DNA from: an uncultured archaeon
GTDB lineage: Archaea; Asgardarchaeota; Lokiarchaeia; Sigyniarchaeales; SOKP01
Assembly: GCA_964508365.1 (NCBI GenBank)
Contig: CAZDTP010000023.1
Span: forward strand, 1 to 54,338
Length of the DNA: 54,338 bases
Direction: 5' to 3'
The position numbers were made by a program, and so were the translations under genes. This document shows positions 10,247-20,139 of this stretch, piece after piece. The notes beneath the pieces are model-generated. The model was given only the letters and a program-made list of their open reading frames with translations, was not told the DNA's origin and made no database searches. Numbering within the stretch: the stretch's first letter is position 1; every line of letters starts with the position of its first letter.

Positions 10247-11428
10247 TTACTCCTCTTTTAATTTATTTGGATGAACACAGCTTCTCCATTGATCTACAGT
10301 TTCTTTAGGTCCTAAACCAATCAATAAATCTCCTTCTTCAAACACAAAATCCGTGTTAAAACTATAAATCCATTTATTCTTACGTTTTAAAGCTATAATA
10401 TGAAAACCACGCTTATATTTTTGATTTTGTAACTGCTTGTATGTTTTATCTTTAAAATAAGAATCTGCAGAAATAGTTTCGCGAACTACTATTTCTGAAG
10501 TCTCTTCAATTGCCTTTTGTAGAATTATATGAGGTTCAAAACCCTCAAGGATATTTTCAGCTAAATGGGCTGCTGCATCCGATATTAATTCACAAGAAAA
10601 AATAATACGCATTATACCCGTTAAAATTTTCGGATTATTTAATAATTTAGTTAAATTTAAAAGATCCTTTTCAAAATTAATATTTAAGCCATCCATCAAC
10701 GATTCCATCTCTAATACATCCTCTGCAACCTCATAACTATTAAAGAATAATGCTGCTAGAGCTAATTCTATCATCGTTTCAGAAATATCTGTTATTAAAA
10801 CATAATCTTTTTTAAGTTCCTTTATTTCTTCGTAAAATTCAGGATTTTTCAGATCAAAATCCGATTCTTCTTTTATTTCCCCGATGTCAAAAGAAAAAAC
10901 TTCAGAATCATATGTTAATATCTTTAATTCTTTGAGTGGTTTTAATTCACCTTTAATGATTAAAGTATCATTCGTTTTAATTTCGTTTTCCTTTCCAAAT
11001 AACCAATCGTCTTTTCTTTTAATCGCAATTAGGTCTACTCCGTGTTTCGATCTGAAATGTATATCTTTCCGTTTCATGCCTATGAATTCACAATTATCAT
11101 TGACCGTAATTTTTACAATAGGTTCAGGGACTTCGTCCCAAAATAATTGGGTAAAATCCGAAATATCACTATTAATATATACAACTCGGGCGATATCTGC
11201 AAGAGCATCGGAGATTTTGTCAATAGAAAAACCCATAACAACAATAGGTTCTAAAGCTTTTGCTTCTTTAAAACCACCAGTTTGAGTCTGAATAATTTGT
11301 AAATTCAATAAGAATGTTAATTCATGGATTCTTTTTTCAATTTTAGAAGTCTCGTCCGCAATTTCCTTACTACTAAATTTAATAGCGCTATAAGCAAGAT
11401 CAATCATCAAATCGATCTTCTGTTTCAT
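10247..11428 (-). CDS. PhoU plus TrkA-C (RCK-C) repeat protein
   Basis: Two PhoU-like helical units (LAYSA...; MIELALAALF...ISDAA), each followed by an RCK-C unit (GVDLIAIKR; GFHIIALKR...GDLLIGLG). Confidence 0.8.
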   Translation of the reverse strand: MKQKIDLMIDLAYSAIKFSSKEIADETSKIEKRIHELTFLLNLQIIQTQTGGFKEAKALEPIVVMGFSIDKISDALADIARVVYINSDISDFTQLFWDEVPEPIVKITVNDNCEFIGMKRKDIHFRSKHGVDLIAIKRKDDWLFGKENEIKTNDTLIIKGELKPLKELKILTYDSEVFSFDIGEIKEESDFDLKNPEFYEEIKELKKDYVLITDISETMIELALAALFFNSYEVAEDVLEMESLMDGLNINFEKDLLNLTKLLNNPKILTGIMRIIFSCELISDAAAHLAENILEGFEPHIILQKAIEETSEIVVRETISADSYFKDKTYKQLQNQKYKRGFHIIALKRKNKWIYSFNTDFVFEEGDLLIGLGPKETVDQWRSCVHPNKLKEE

Positions 11429-11514
11429 CTCTTTTAAAATATCTTTTAGGGATATAGGTTGATATTGAAATCTCTTTCTTTTTTCATGCTTTTTAATTAT
11501 TTTCTCACTCTCGT

Positions 11515-12114
11515 TTATATATTTACAAATATCTGGATAAAGATTATTATAAATAAGGGGGTTAAAAAATCTGCTAACGATGTTATCATTGGTATTAGAA
11601 AATTATTAGGATCATTTCCTTTTCTAAATATTAATATGGAACCCATAAATAAAAACACGAACATAAACACAAATAGAATCAAAATAGTAATAATTAAAAT
11701 TGATATGATTAACAAGGGATTTACGATTTCGATTCCAAATACATTTCCCAGCATGTATCCTAAACTTATTAATGCAGCAAGGCTTAATAAAATTGTTATA
11801 GCCAACCCATAAAAATCCTGTTTTAATCGATCAGAGACTTGAATTTTTGGAGACAATGTACCTATATACAGATGAGAGGTAAGACGAGATACTAAAACAG
11901 TTGATATATCACCTATTAAAGAATTTAAAGACGGTAAAACTAATAAAATTATAGGAAAACTAGACAATATTCGTTGACTATTAGATAGAAGTGTTCCGGA
12001 AAAGAGTCCCAAAATAGAACTAATTAGGACAATAATTATTGATTCTTTGAAAATTTTTTTAAAGTAATCCAGTCTTATGGCACCCCCAACATAATAATTG
12101 TTAGATAAAAGCAA
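11515..12114 (-). CDS. MgtE/SLC41-type divalent cation transporter, half-size membrane subunit
   Basis: PSLNSLIGD...SRLTSHLYIG and GNDPNNFLIPMITSLADFL match the MgtE membrane-domain motifs. Confidence 0.85.
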   Translation of the reverse strand: MLLSNNYYVGGAIRLDYFKKIFKESIIIVLISSILGLFSGTLLSNSQRILSSFPIILLVLPSLNSLIGDISTVLVSRLTSHLYIGTLSPKIQVSDRLKQDFYGLAITILLSLAALISLGYMLGNVFGIEIVNPLLIISILIITILILFVFMFVFLFMGSILIFRKGNDPNNFLIPMITSLADFLTPLFIIIFIQIFVNI

Positions 12115-12629
12115 ATGACGGTAAAAAAGTCGTCAATCGCTGTCATTACAGGATTTACAACATTATTTGGATCTAAACCGCGCTTAAATGCTAAAAAATT
12201 TAAGATCGTTGAACACGGAATTGAAATCGTTAATGTTAAGATTATAGAAATAACAGGAATTACGATTAACAAACCAATATGAAAAATATAGAGTTTAATT
12301 AATAAAAAATTAATAAGAATACTAAAAACACCGATTGCTAATGCTGTAAATAACGATAAAGTGAATGTAGCAAGTACATTTTCAAACCATGATTTCTTAT
12401 TAAATTCGCCGATAATAAAGTCTCGTGAAGTTCTTGCAATGAAAGGACCACTTATATTACCTCTAAGAGAGAGTAATGCTGGTATAATTAAAATTAATAA
12501 AAGAAAGCTATCAAATGTAACTATTAAAAGAGATAGGATGATTCCCGCAAGGATATCGCCCACAATGGAAACCATTTCAGACGGGAAAGTTTCTTTAATG
12601 ATTCTACCTTTAGTATCTTGAGCTTCCAT
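12075..12629 (-). CDS. MgtE/SLC41-type transporter, second half-size subunit
   Basis: IPALLSLRGNI and GLDPNNVVNPVMTAIDDF; overlaps the next MgtE-like ORF, indicating an operon with the PhoU/TrkA-C gene. Confidence 0.85.
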   Translation of the reverse strand: MEAQDTKGRIIKETFPSEMVSIVGDILAGIILSLLIVTFDSFLLLILIIPALLSLRGNISGPFIARTSRDFIIGEFNKKSWFENVLATFTLSLFTALAIGVFSILINFLLIKLYIFHIGLLIVIPVISIILTLTISIPCSTILNFLAFKRGLDPNNVVNPVMTAIDDFFTVICFYLTIIMLGVP

Positions 12630-12877
12630 ATGTCATCATCCTCATCAGATGAATTCATTATTAAGTTTTCCTTCATTCTCGTTATAATTTATTAAGATTC
12701 GAATTTATTTAAAATTTCCTATATACCATTTAAGTTCTAATTTAAACAATTAAAATCAAATAAAATCTTCAATTATTTTGGTTTGGAGAAAGAAAATCGA
12801 TGATTTTTTTTAAATAAAATTAGATGCACCTAAAAAGAAAATATAAAAATACAAAATAAAAAAAATTGAATTAATAG

Positions 12878-15349
12878 TTATGATTTCTTACCTTTATTTA
12901 AATGTATCATAATTAGAGCTACAACACTTACAGTTAGAAATCCGAGTGTCATTAAAAGTGAAAAGCCTGGAATTGATTCTTTAGGACCAACATAGATGTA
13001 TGAAACTGCCATAATAATGGAAATTGGACCTGAACTACCACCTACTGGAAAATGTATTGTCAAAGAATTATCCGCATAATCATAGACAAACATACTAGCC
13101 GCTTCTGGAGGGGCTGCTTCCCATTCATTATTACCACTCATGTTCCATGCCCAAAAAGTAAGGTTATAGTTATCTAGATCAAAAGATTCATCGAATTTGA
13201 TGTAGAAAGTTATGTTCTCTAATCCAGTACTGTTGGTAATTAAAAGATCATTATAGTATAGTACTGTTCCATTGGTAATTGAGGTATTTATAGGATTATG
13301 GTTCAACATTGCATTTACTAACTCTACTTCCGCGTTAGTAGTGATAATTTCAATATAGGAGACAGTTATTCCACTTACAGCATCATTAGGAACTGATATA
13401 CTATTAGTTCCAGAGTGAAGCGTTTCATTAAACATTGGATATATGCTCATATACATCCAAGATGTGTCGTCTCCTCCCGGCAAATTCATCCAACCTCCCA
13501 TAAATGTTATTCTACCAGTGGTTATATCAATATATGCGTCGTATTCTTTATTATTCGTCGAATTTCTGAGAAGAACATGGTCCTCCGTAAATGTCATTTC
13601 ATCAAACATCCCTCCAAGCATTGCTAAGAGATTTTCAAAATCTTCTCCGGTAAAACCTAGAGGTATAAATAATGGTGGAGCACTGCTTCCAAACATAGCT
13701 AGAGGCGATATTGACCAATATGTATTAGCTTCAAGAAACAAATCATCTCCCTTATTTTGCCAAATTCCTGTTTCTTCATCAAATTCTTCAAAATCAGCAA
13801 TGAGTACCTTAAAGAATTGCAATTCAGGTTGCCCAGGTATTTTTGTGAAGATTCCACCGCTAAACAGTTCCCATTCCGTCAAATTAAAGAACTCACCATA
13901 AGAAGCGATAATTGTTGCTCTTGCATATGTCTCACGATCTTGAGAATTTTGTTTATAATAAACAACATCACCTATTTCTAAGTCCCAATCTACTAATGTT
14001 TGGTGTTGTATTTCATAATATAGCTGAACATCACCATGCTCAGTAAATAGATATGATTGCACTATTCCAGATGATTTTTCAGCAATAATACTTACTCTAA
14101 AGTTCGTAGAAGTATCTCTTAGGGTAATCTCAAAGTTTGTATTCTCAATAAGCTCAATGTCATTAAATGGTAAGTTCCATATATTTAGAGTGTAATTGTT
14201 CCACATGAATTCAATATCTTCCTTGACTGTGTTATTAGGATAGATAAAATTAAACTCAGGTGATATACCTTCATCGAAATATTGGAAATAAAAGTTGTTT
14301 GCATATCCTATTGGAAAATATGAACTATCTAAGGTATACTCATATCCATCCCATACGGATAAATTGGAATAAACAGCTTGAAATACCATATATATATCTT
14401 CATCCGAAAAATAATTATGAGATTTAGGAAGCATAACATCTACTATATCAATAATCTCAATTTTTATATCGTAGCAACTACTACCTCCTTCGGTGTAATC
14501 ATAATAAAATATATCTCCAATATCGACACCCCATTCAATCTCGTCAGTTATATCATAATCAAGAACTCTTTGCATTGTTACATTAACGTACATTGGTCCT
14601 CCCATATCAACTTTCATGTATCCTTCTACAAATTGAACTACTCCATCTGTAATACCGTACTCGAGGTACATATAATAGTTTTCAGACGAATTTTTGAAAA
14701 GAATACTGTTATTGACAGCATTCGATGAATATTCATTAAACTGATTGTATCCCTGCGTAGAGAGGGGATAATAAAACGATTCGTTGAGAATATCGTCTAA
14801 TACATCGACTTCTAAATTGTTTGACCCATTCAAAGGTAATATGTAAGGTGCTCCACCCATTCCAGCTCTATATTTATGTTGAATGGTATCCGAACTATTA
14901 TATCCAAAAAGAGCGAACTCTAATGGGCCTCCATATGGTTCCAATTCTCCTTCAGTCACATTGTAGTAGCATTGCGTAGCATTGACGAGAGAAAAATCAT
15001 TTACACCTAACCAGTCTGTTGTTACATTTTCAATAGAAGTTATATTATAAATCCAAATATCTCTAAACATCATGATAACTTCTCCACTTGAGCCGTTTGT
15101 AGTTATTACTTCTACTTCCCAATATAGTTCGTCACCAACATCGATACCCCAATGCCAATCATTATATGCATGTTCTTCTGGTACATATGGACCCGCTTTC
15201 ACTGAGGTAAAAAACGCACTTAAATTTATAGCTGCGATGAATATCAAAAGTATGATTCCGATTGATTTTGTCCTATTTCTTAAATTATTCAAAAACTTCA
15301 ACCCTTTTATCTTTAGAGATTTTTCATTAAAATTTTTATTAGCTATCAT
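12878..15349 (-). CDS. Large secreted cell-surface protein with C-terminal IPGF + TM sorting signal (PGF-CTERM/Loki-CTERM-like)
   Basis: Signal peptide ending VKA; acidic, aromatic, beta-rich body with many N-x-S/T sequons; C-terminus SIPGF + hydrophobic helix + KGKKS. The true start may be a TTG downstream of 15349. Confidence 0.8.
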   Translation of the reverse strand: MIANKNFNEKSLKIKGLKFLNNLRNRTKSIGIILLIFIAAINLSAFFTSVKAGPYVPEEHAYNDWHWGIDVGDELYWEVEVITTNGSSGEVIMMFRDIWIYNITSIENVTTDWLGVNDFSLVNATQCYYNVTEGELEPYGGPLEFALFGYNSSDTIQHKYRAGMGGAPYILPLNGSNNLEVDVLDDILNESFYYPLSTQGYNQFNEYSSNAVNNSILFKNSSENYYMYLEYGITDGVVQFVEGYMKVDMGGPMYVNVTMQRVLDYDITDEIEWGVDIGDIFYYDYTEGGSSCYDIKIEIIDIVDVMLPKSHNYFSDEDIYMVFQAVYSNLSVWDGYEYTLDSSYFPIGYANNFYFQYFDEGISPEFNFIYPNNTVKEDIEFMWNNYTLNIWNLPFNDIELIENTNFEITLRDTSTNFRVSIIAEKSSGIVQSYLFTEHGDVQLYYEIQHQTLVDWDLEIGDVVYYKQNSQDRETYARATIIASYGEFFNLTEWELFSGGIFTKIPGQPELQFFKVLIADFEEFDEETGIWQNKGDDLFLEANTYWSISPLAMFGSSAPPLFIPLGFTGEDFENLLAMLGGMFDEMTFTEDHVLLRNSTNNKEYDAYIDITTGRITFMGGWMNLPGGDDTSWMYMSIYPMFNETLHSGTNSISVPNDAVSGITVSYIEIITTNAEVELVNAMLNHNPINTSITNGTVLYYNDLLITNSTGLENITFYIKFDESFDLDNYNLTFWAWNMSGNNEWEAAPPEAASMFVYDYADNSLTIHFPVGGSSGPISIIMAVSYIYVGPKESIPGFSLLMTLGFLTVSVVALIMIHLNKGKKS

Positions 15350-15433
15350 ATAAGTTATAAGTTTAAAAATACTTGCTCTTGAGTTTTTTAACTCTAATAT
15401 ATAAAATTAAATGTTATGAAAAAGTAAATAAGA

Positions 15434-16960
15434 TTAATTTTTAGATTCAATTATTTTCAGCCAATTTGAATCTATATTGCTAAGTGCTTTTTCTATTTCT
15501 TTTCTTACAGCCCAGTCATCGTCCCATAACGATTTTGCCAAAGAATTTAACGCCTTTTTGTCTCCTAGTTGCCCTAAGGCTCTTGCTGCAGCAATTCTAA
15601 TTTTTGCATCTTTATCTTCAAGCATCTCTATAAATGGAGAAATATCGCTAATGTTCTCGAATTTTCCTAATGCTAGAGCAATCCAACTTTTAATGAAGAG
15701 ATCATCATCATTAATTAAAGGTAATAGAGCTTCTAAGCTATCTTCATTTCCTAATTTAATTAAGAGCTTAACTGCTGCTCTTTTAGTCTTCCAATTCGAA
15801 GAATTCAAGAAAGATTTTACCTCATTAATATCGTTTTGGTTTTTTATTTTGGATAAGGTATCAATAACGGTGTCGCGAACTCTATTTTCAGGATCTTTTA
15901 AAAGATCTAATAGCAATGAAATTTGCTGTTCGTTACCCAGTTTTCCAATTATCTTTGCACATAGGCTTCTTATTTTCCATTCTCTCGACTTAAGACCTTC
16001 AAGAACTTGACCTGGAAGTTTATCTTTAGATATCTGAACTAGTGAAGTATAGGCTAATTTCCTGATTTTATTATCGCTACTCTTAAAAGAATTAATCATG
16101 TAATCAATAGAATTCTCATCTTCAAGTAAACCTAAGAGTTTGATTGCTTCCTTCCTTTCTATCATATTTTTACTGTTAGCAACTTCATAGATTTTTTCAT
16201 AAGAATCAAGTGAAGCATAGATTTGTTCTAGTGATTGAATAGATAACTTACGAACCTCTTCATTCTTATTTTTTAATAATCTTAGAAGGGGTTCAATCGC
16301 TCGTTTGCTTTTAATTACTCCTAAGGCTTTTATACTTGCCTTTATAACATTCACATCTATATCATCCAATAAATTAATAATTAATCTTGCATCCTTTACT
16401 TGAATTACTTTCTCTAAAGCTTGAATAACATTACATCTGACTTCAGGATCATTTTTGTGAAGCAATTCTTTTAAATAACTAGTTGATTCATTACTTTGAA
16501 TTCTACCTAAGATTATTGGAATTGATCGTTTAACATGAATATTTCCGTTATCAAAATAATTAATAATCCCACTTACATCTCCTAACTTTCCTATATTCAC
16601 GATTGATGTAATTACTTCATCCTTTATTTCTAAAGAAGGATTACTTAACATTTCTAATAAAGGATTTAAAGCAGAGAGGAACTTAATTTTACCAAGCGCA
16701 TTCACAGCAGCTTTTCTAGCTGTTATAAAATTATCTGTAAGAGCTTCAATTAATATTGAACTTGAAGCTTCTGGTACACTATTCGCAATAACTTCTATAA
16801 TTTTTGCTCGTACTTTACCGTCTGATTCATTCTTATATTGCGTAGCAAAAAAACTCAAATTATTTTTATCAATCAAATTACCAAATGAATTTATCATATC
16901 TATTTTATTCTCTGGAACAGTTTCTTTAAGGTAATTTTGTTTAAGTTCTTGAAATTCCAT
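15434..16960 (-). CDS. HEAT-repeat protein (PBS-lyase-like), repeats across almost the whole length
   Basis: About 31-aa repeats of the type L-x-D-x3-VR-x2-A-x2-ALG-x-I/L throughout 508 aa. Confidence 0.9.
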   Translation of the reverse strand: MEFQELKQNYLKETVPENKIDMINSFGNLIDKNNLSFFATQYKNESDGKVRAKIIEVIANSVPEASSSILIEALTDNFITARKAAVNALGKIKFLSALNPLLEMLSNPSLEIKDEVITSIVNIGKLGDVSGIINYFDNGNIHVKRSIPIILGRIQSNESTSYLKELLHKNDPEVRCNVIQALEKVIQVKDARLIINLLDDIDVNVIKASIKALGVIKSKRAIEPLLRLLKNKNEEVRKLSIQSLEQIYASLDSYEKIYEVANSKNMIERKEAIKLLGLLEDENSIDYMINSFKSSDNKIRKLAYTSLVQISKDKLPGQVLEGLKSREWKIRSLCAKIIGKLGNEQQISLLLDLLKDPENRVRDTVIDTLSKIKNQNDINEVKSFLNSSNWKTKRAAVKLLIKLGNEDSLEALLPLINDDDLFIKSWIALALGKFENISDISPFIEMLEDKDAKIRIAAARALGQLGDKKALNSLAKSLWDDDWAVRKEIEKALSNIDSNWLKIIESKN

Positions 16961-17098
16961 TTTTCTAATCCTTCATCCTTTCTTTTCAATAAAAAGAGCG
17001 TCTAACTATAGAATCAATTTCCTATTTTTATTTTTAAGTAAATGGAAAGATAGAATTTGTGAATATTAAAATTAAATTCTCTCTTATCATATTGAACT

Positions 17099-17809
17099 TT
17101 GATCATGAAATTTGTTCCTTATGAGTCTAGATTCAAAGCAGGCGAAATTTTAGCTGAATTTATTTTAAGTCAAAATCCAGTAATAAAAAAGATTATCAGT
17201 AATAACATTGAAAAGGTCTTTTCATTTGCAATTCCTAATGGTGGCGTACCAGTTGCAGAAGGATTTTGTAATGTACTTAATATAAATTATGATGTACTAA
17301 TTGTAAGAAAGATAAAGATTCCTTATAACACTGAGGCGGGTTTTGGTTCGGTTACAACAGATGGAACTGTTTTAACTAATGAAGCTCTATTATCTCGATT
17401 AAACCTTTCAGAAAGTTCAATAGAAAATTCCATAGAAACTACGAAGAGAGAAATTAGAGAAAGAATTGATTTTTACAATAAAAGTACCGATATAGAATCA
17501 TCTTATAATTCTTTCGTAAATAATAATTATATCTTTATAATGGATGATGGATTAGCTTCCGGATTTACTATGTTGGCAGCAATTAAAATGATAAAAAAAT
17601 ATAATCCAAAGCAATTATATATAGGAGTTCCTACAGCACCTCTACATACAGTTACCTCTATTCAACATGAAGTGGATGAAATTTATTGTCCTAATATAAG
17701 AAAAACATCTTGGTTTGCCGTAGCTGATGCTTATAAACATTGGTATGATGTACCAGAAACCGAAGTTTTAGATATAATCAAAAAATCAAAATTCTATTTT
17801 AGGGATTAA
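17099..17809 (+). CDS. Phosphoribosyltransferase family protein
   Basis: AIPNGGVPVA, VRKIKIP...EAGFG and PRPP loop IMDDGLASGFTM; probable ATG at 17105. Confidence 0.88.
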   Translation: MIMKFVPYESRFKAGEILAEFILSQNPVIKKIISNNIEKVFSFAIPNGGVPVAEGFCNVLNINYDVLIVRKIKIPYNTEAGFGSVTTDGTVLTNEALLSRLNLSESSIENSIETTKREIRERIDFYNKSTDIESSYNSFVNNNYIFIMDDGLASGFTMLAAIKMIKKYNPKQLYIGVPTAPLHTVTSIQHEVDEIYCPNIRKTSWFAVADAYKHWYDVPETEVLDIIKKSKFYFRD

Positions 17810-17990
17810 CGCCAGATATCAATTCGTCATAAATTGGATTTTTTTGTAGATGATTTTATTTATTAAAAAAAATATATTTCCGTTTATAGAAACATTATAT
17901 TCTTCTTTTAATTAACAGTATAGAATATAGAGTTAATTGAGGTCTCTTTACCTCTATAAGCTATAAAAGAAAAGTAAAAAAAATAGAAAT

Positions 17991-18257
17991 TTACGAGCTA
18001 AGCAGTTGAAAGAGAATCGTAGCGTGAGGGATATAGAATTGATCTTTAACCTTAATCACAACAGTATGAAAATATTCAGCTAAGCCTAAGAAACCACGAA
18101 TAACTGATTCATCTTCTTCAAATTTAAACACAATTTTAGCAATAGCTGCGCCAGTGCTGAAAGTGGCTTTTTCATAGACTCTTTCGTCAATTAAGGGGAT
18201 TTTAAGCTCATTGACAATTTCATATACTCGCTTGATGAAGAGTTCTCTCTTGGGAAT
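17991..18257 (-). CDS. Conserved-looking 88-aa hypothetical protein, probable ATT start (absent from the ORF track)
   Basis: Open frame reads (M)PKRELFIKRVYEIVNELKIPLIDERVYEKATFSTGAAIAKIVFKFEEDESVIRGFLGLAEYFHTVVIKVKDQFYIPHATILFQLLSS-stop. AGGTG lies 7 nt before ATT, and the frame fills an otherwise empty 700-bp gap. Confidence 0.7.
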   Translation of the reverse strand: MPKRELFIKRVYEIVNELKIPLIDERVYEKATFSTGAAIAKIVFKFEEDESVIRGFLGLAEYFHTVVIKVKDQFYIPHATILFQLLSS

Positions 18258-18517
18258 ATTAAAACACCTATTTATATTGAATACTAATTATTAAAATTAC
18301 AAATGAAATATGATATATAATATATTAGATTTGAAACATTTAATAGTTTTTTTTTAACCATGAAAAATATTGAAGCATTGAATTAAATTTAGGTAAAACT
18401 ATGATACAAGTATTATAAAAAAATAAAAATATAAATTAATAAATTACAATTACTACTATAGCTATATAGTATTCTTTTAAAAAAATTGATTAAAATTTTG
18501 GAGGAATTGAACTAACC

Positions 18518-19207
18518 TTGGTTTCGAAGGAATATAAGAAGATAGAGAGAGTCGTTAGTTTTATGAAAAAGGGTTTAACCTCTTTAAGCGACGACTTGGA
18601 AGAGACGGTTAAAGGGATTAATGATTTTAAAAAATCGTTAACCAAAGCCTTGAAAGATTTGAAAGATGTTTCTATTGAACCAGAATTAAAAACTGTTAGT
18701 ACATCCTCTAAGAAAATTGTAGCACCTGCGGATGAAACCGCTAAAACTGCAGCAGCGAGCACTTTATTTACTTTATTAAGTAGTAGCCCTGCTCCAGCAC
18801 AAGAAGTACCTACAGCTACCACAGCTGCAGCATCACCAACTGTAGGTGGCCCTCCTAAAGCTCCTGGAATTGGCCCTCCACAAAGACCTGCAACAGGAGT
18901 ACCTCCAAAAGCACCCACTACAGGTGGGCCACCTAAAAGATCTAATTTACCTCCAGCGCCAAAATTACCCCCTAGTTCAGATGGTAAGCCCCCTAAAGCT
19001 CCCAGTTCAGGAGTTGTGCAAGCACCGGCATTTGCTAAGAGACCAACACCCCCAGCAGCGCCAATGACGGGTATTCCAGCCAGACCACCTGGAGTTCCAG
19101 TAGTTTCCCCTGCACCAGCGCCTCAAGCAGGAGGTGGTTTAGGTTCTCTCCGAGATGAAATGTTAGAGGAATTAAATCGTCTAAAGAAGATTATGAGAGG
19201 AGATTAG
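18518..19207 (+). CDS. Coiled-coil / proline-rich protein with C-terminal WH2-like motif
   Basis: GGAGG RBS then TTG; N-terminal ~55-aa amphipathic helix; repeated GxPPK[AR]P motifs; C-terminus GGGLGSLRDEMLEELNRLKKIMRGD. Confidence 0.8.
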   Translation: MVSKEYKKIERVVSFMKKGLTSLSDDLEETVKGINDFKKSLTKALKDLKDVSIEPELKTVSTSSKKIVAPADETAKTAAASTLFTLLSSSPAPAQEVPTATTAAASPTVGGPPKAPGIGPPQRPATGVPPKAPTTGGPPKRSNLPPAPKLPPSSDGKPPKAPSSGVVQAPAFAKRPTPPAAPMTGIPARPPGVPVVSPAPAPQAGGGLGSLRDEMLEELNRLKKIMRGD

Positions 19208-19337
19208 TAACTAACTCCTTATTTCTTATCTATTCCTTATTTTTATTACTTTTTAACACAAGTCTTTGCAACTTACATAGTTCAATATTTTTAATTCAAA
19301 ACATTTTTAATCATCGATTATAAAATATTTAGTATAG

Positions 19338-20084
19338 ATGGACATAAACAATTCTATCATCTGCGAAAACGATATACCAATCGTCGTCCCTAAACGCATA
19401 ATGGTGCTTGCTGGTCATCCAGATGACGAAATAATATCTTGTGGTGGCACTCTTCTGAAATATCAGTCCTTAGGATCAAAAATAATCGTTATAGTTGCGA
19501 CAAGTGGTGTTGGTGGCTATGCCAGAACTAATCAAAAAGAAGGAATTATGAATCAAAGAAAACACGAGCTTGATTCAGTTCGATCATCGTTGAAGTGTGA
19601 AATTATCGAATTAGAATTTCCTGAAATGGACATAACCCGAGAAAAAATCTCTAAAATAACAAATCTTATTAGGGATATTAAACCTCAAGTTATATTATTG
19701 CCTCATCATTCTGATTTTCATCGAGTGCATAGAAATTTATCCCTAATTTCAAGAGAAGCTATTTATCATTGTTCAACAGGCAAAGCTTATGGGGGTTACG
19801 AAAGAAACTGGATTCCATTAGGAGTGTATTATTACGAATCTCCTTCATGTAAATTCGAATATATTGATAGTTCTGCTTTTATTATAGTAGATATTGAAGA
19901 GTATTGGGATAAGAAAAAAGAAATATTCAATATGGCTTACTTATCTCAGAAAGAAGTTTTAGAGAGAGTTATAGAATGGGCGGAAGATACTGCAATTTTA
20001 AGAGGAAATGAAATAAATTCGTCATATGGAGAAGCTTATGTTTTAGAAACTACTTATACTCCACTTAAACTTTTATTAGTATAG
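19338..20084 (+). CDS. PIG-L/LmbE-family N-acetyl deacetylase
   Basis: AGHPDDEIISCGGTL, VATSG, IRDIKPQVILLPHHSDFHRVH and C-terminal RG...YGEAY. Confidence 0.88.
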   Translation: MDINNSIICENDIPIVVPKRIMVLAGHPDDEIISCGGTLLKYQSLGSKIIVIVATSGVGGYARTNQKEGIMNQRKHELDSVRSSLKCEIIELEFPEMDITREKISKITNLIRDIKPQVILLPHHSDFHRVHRNLSLISREAIYHCSTGKAYGGYERNWIPLGVYYYESPSCKFEYIDSSAFIIVDIEEYWDKKKEIFNMAYLSQKEVLERVIEWAEDTAILRGNEINSSYGEAYVLETTYTPLKLLLV

Positions 20085-20139
20085 ATATAAAAAGATTAAA
20101 TGTTGTTAATTAAATATGCGAAAATTTCGCTAAAATTAA

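Noticed and set aside
11459-11812. 117-aa Ile/Asn/Lys-rich plus-strand ORF
   Set aside because: Antisense shadow of the hydrophobic MgtE gene; the same applies to the other short ORFs nested opposite confident genes (e.g. 10884, 13443, 15477, 29563, 34935, 45485, 47654).
18490-18918. 142-aa Gly/Ala-rich minus-strand ORF and the local GC rise at 18.8-19.15 kb
   Set aside because: Both are explained by Pro/Ala/Gly codons of the plus-strand gene, which has the RBS; this is not a foreign island.
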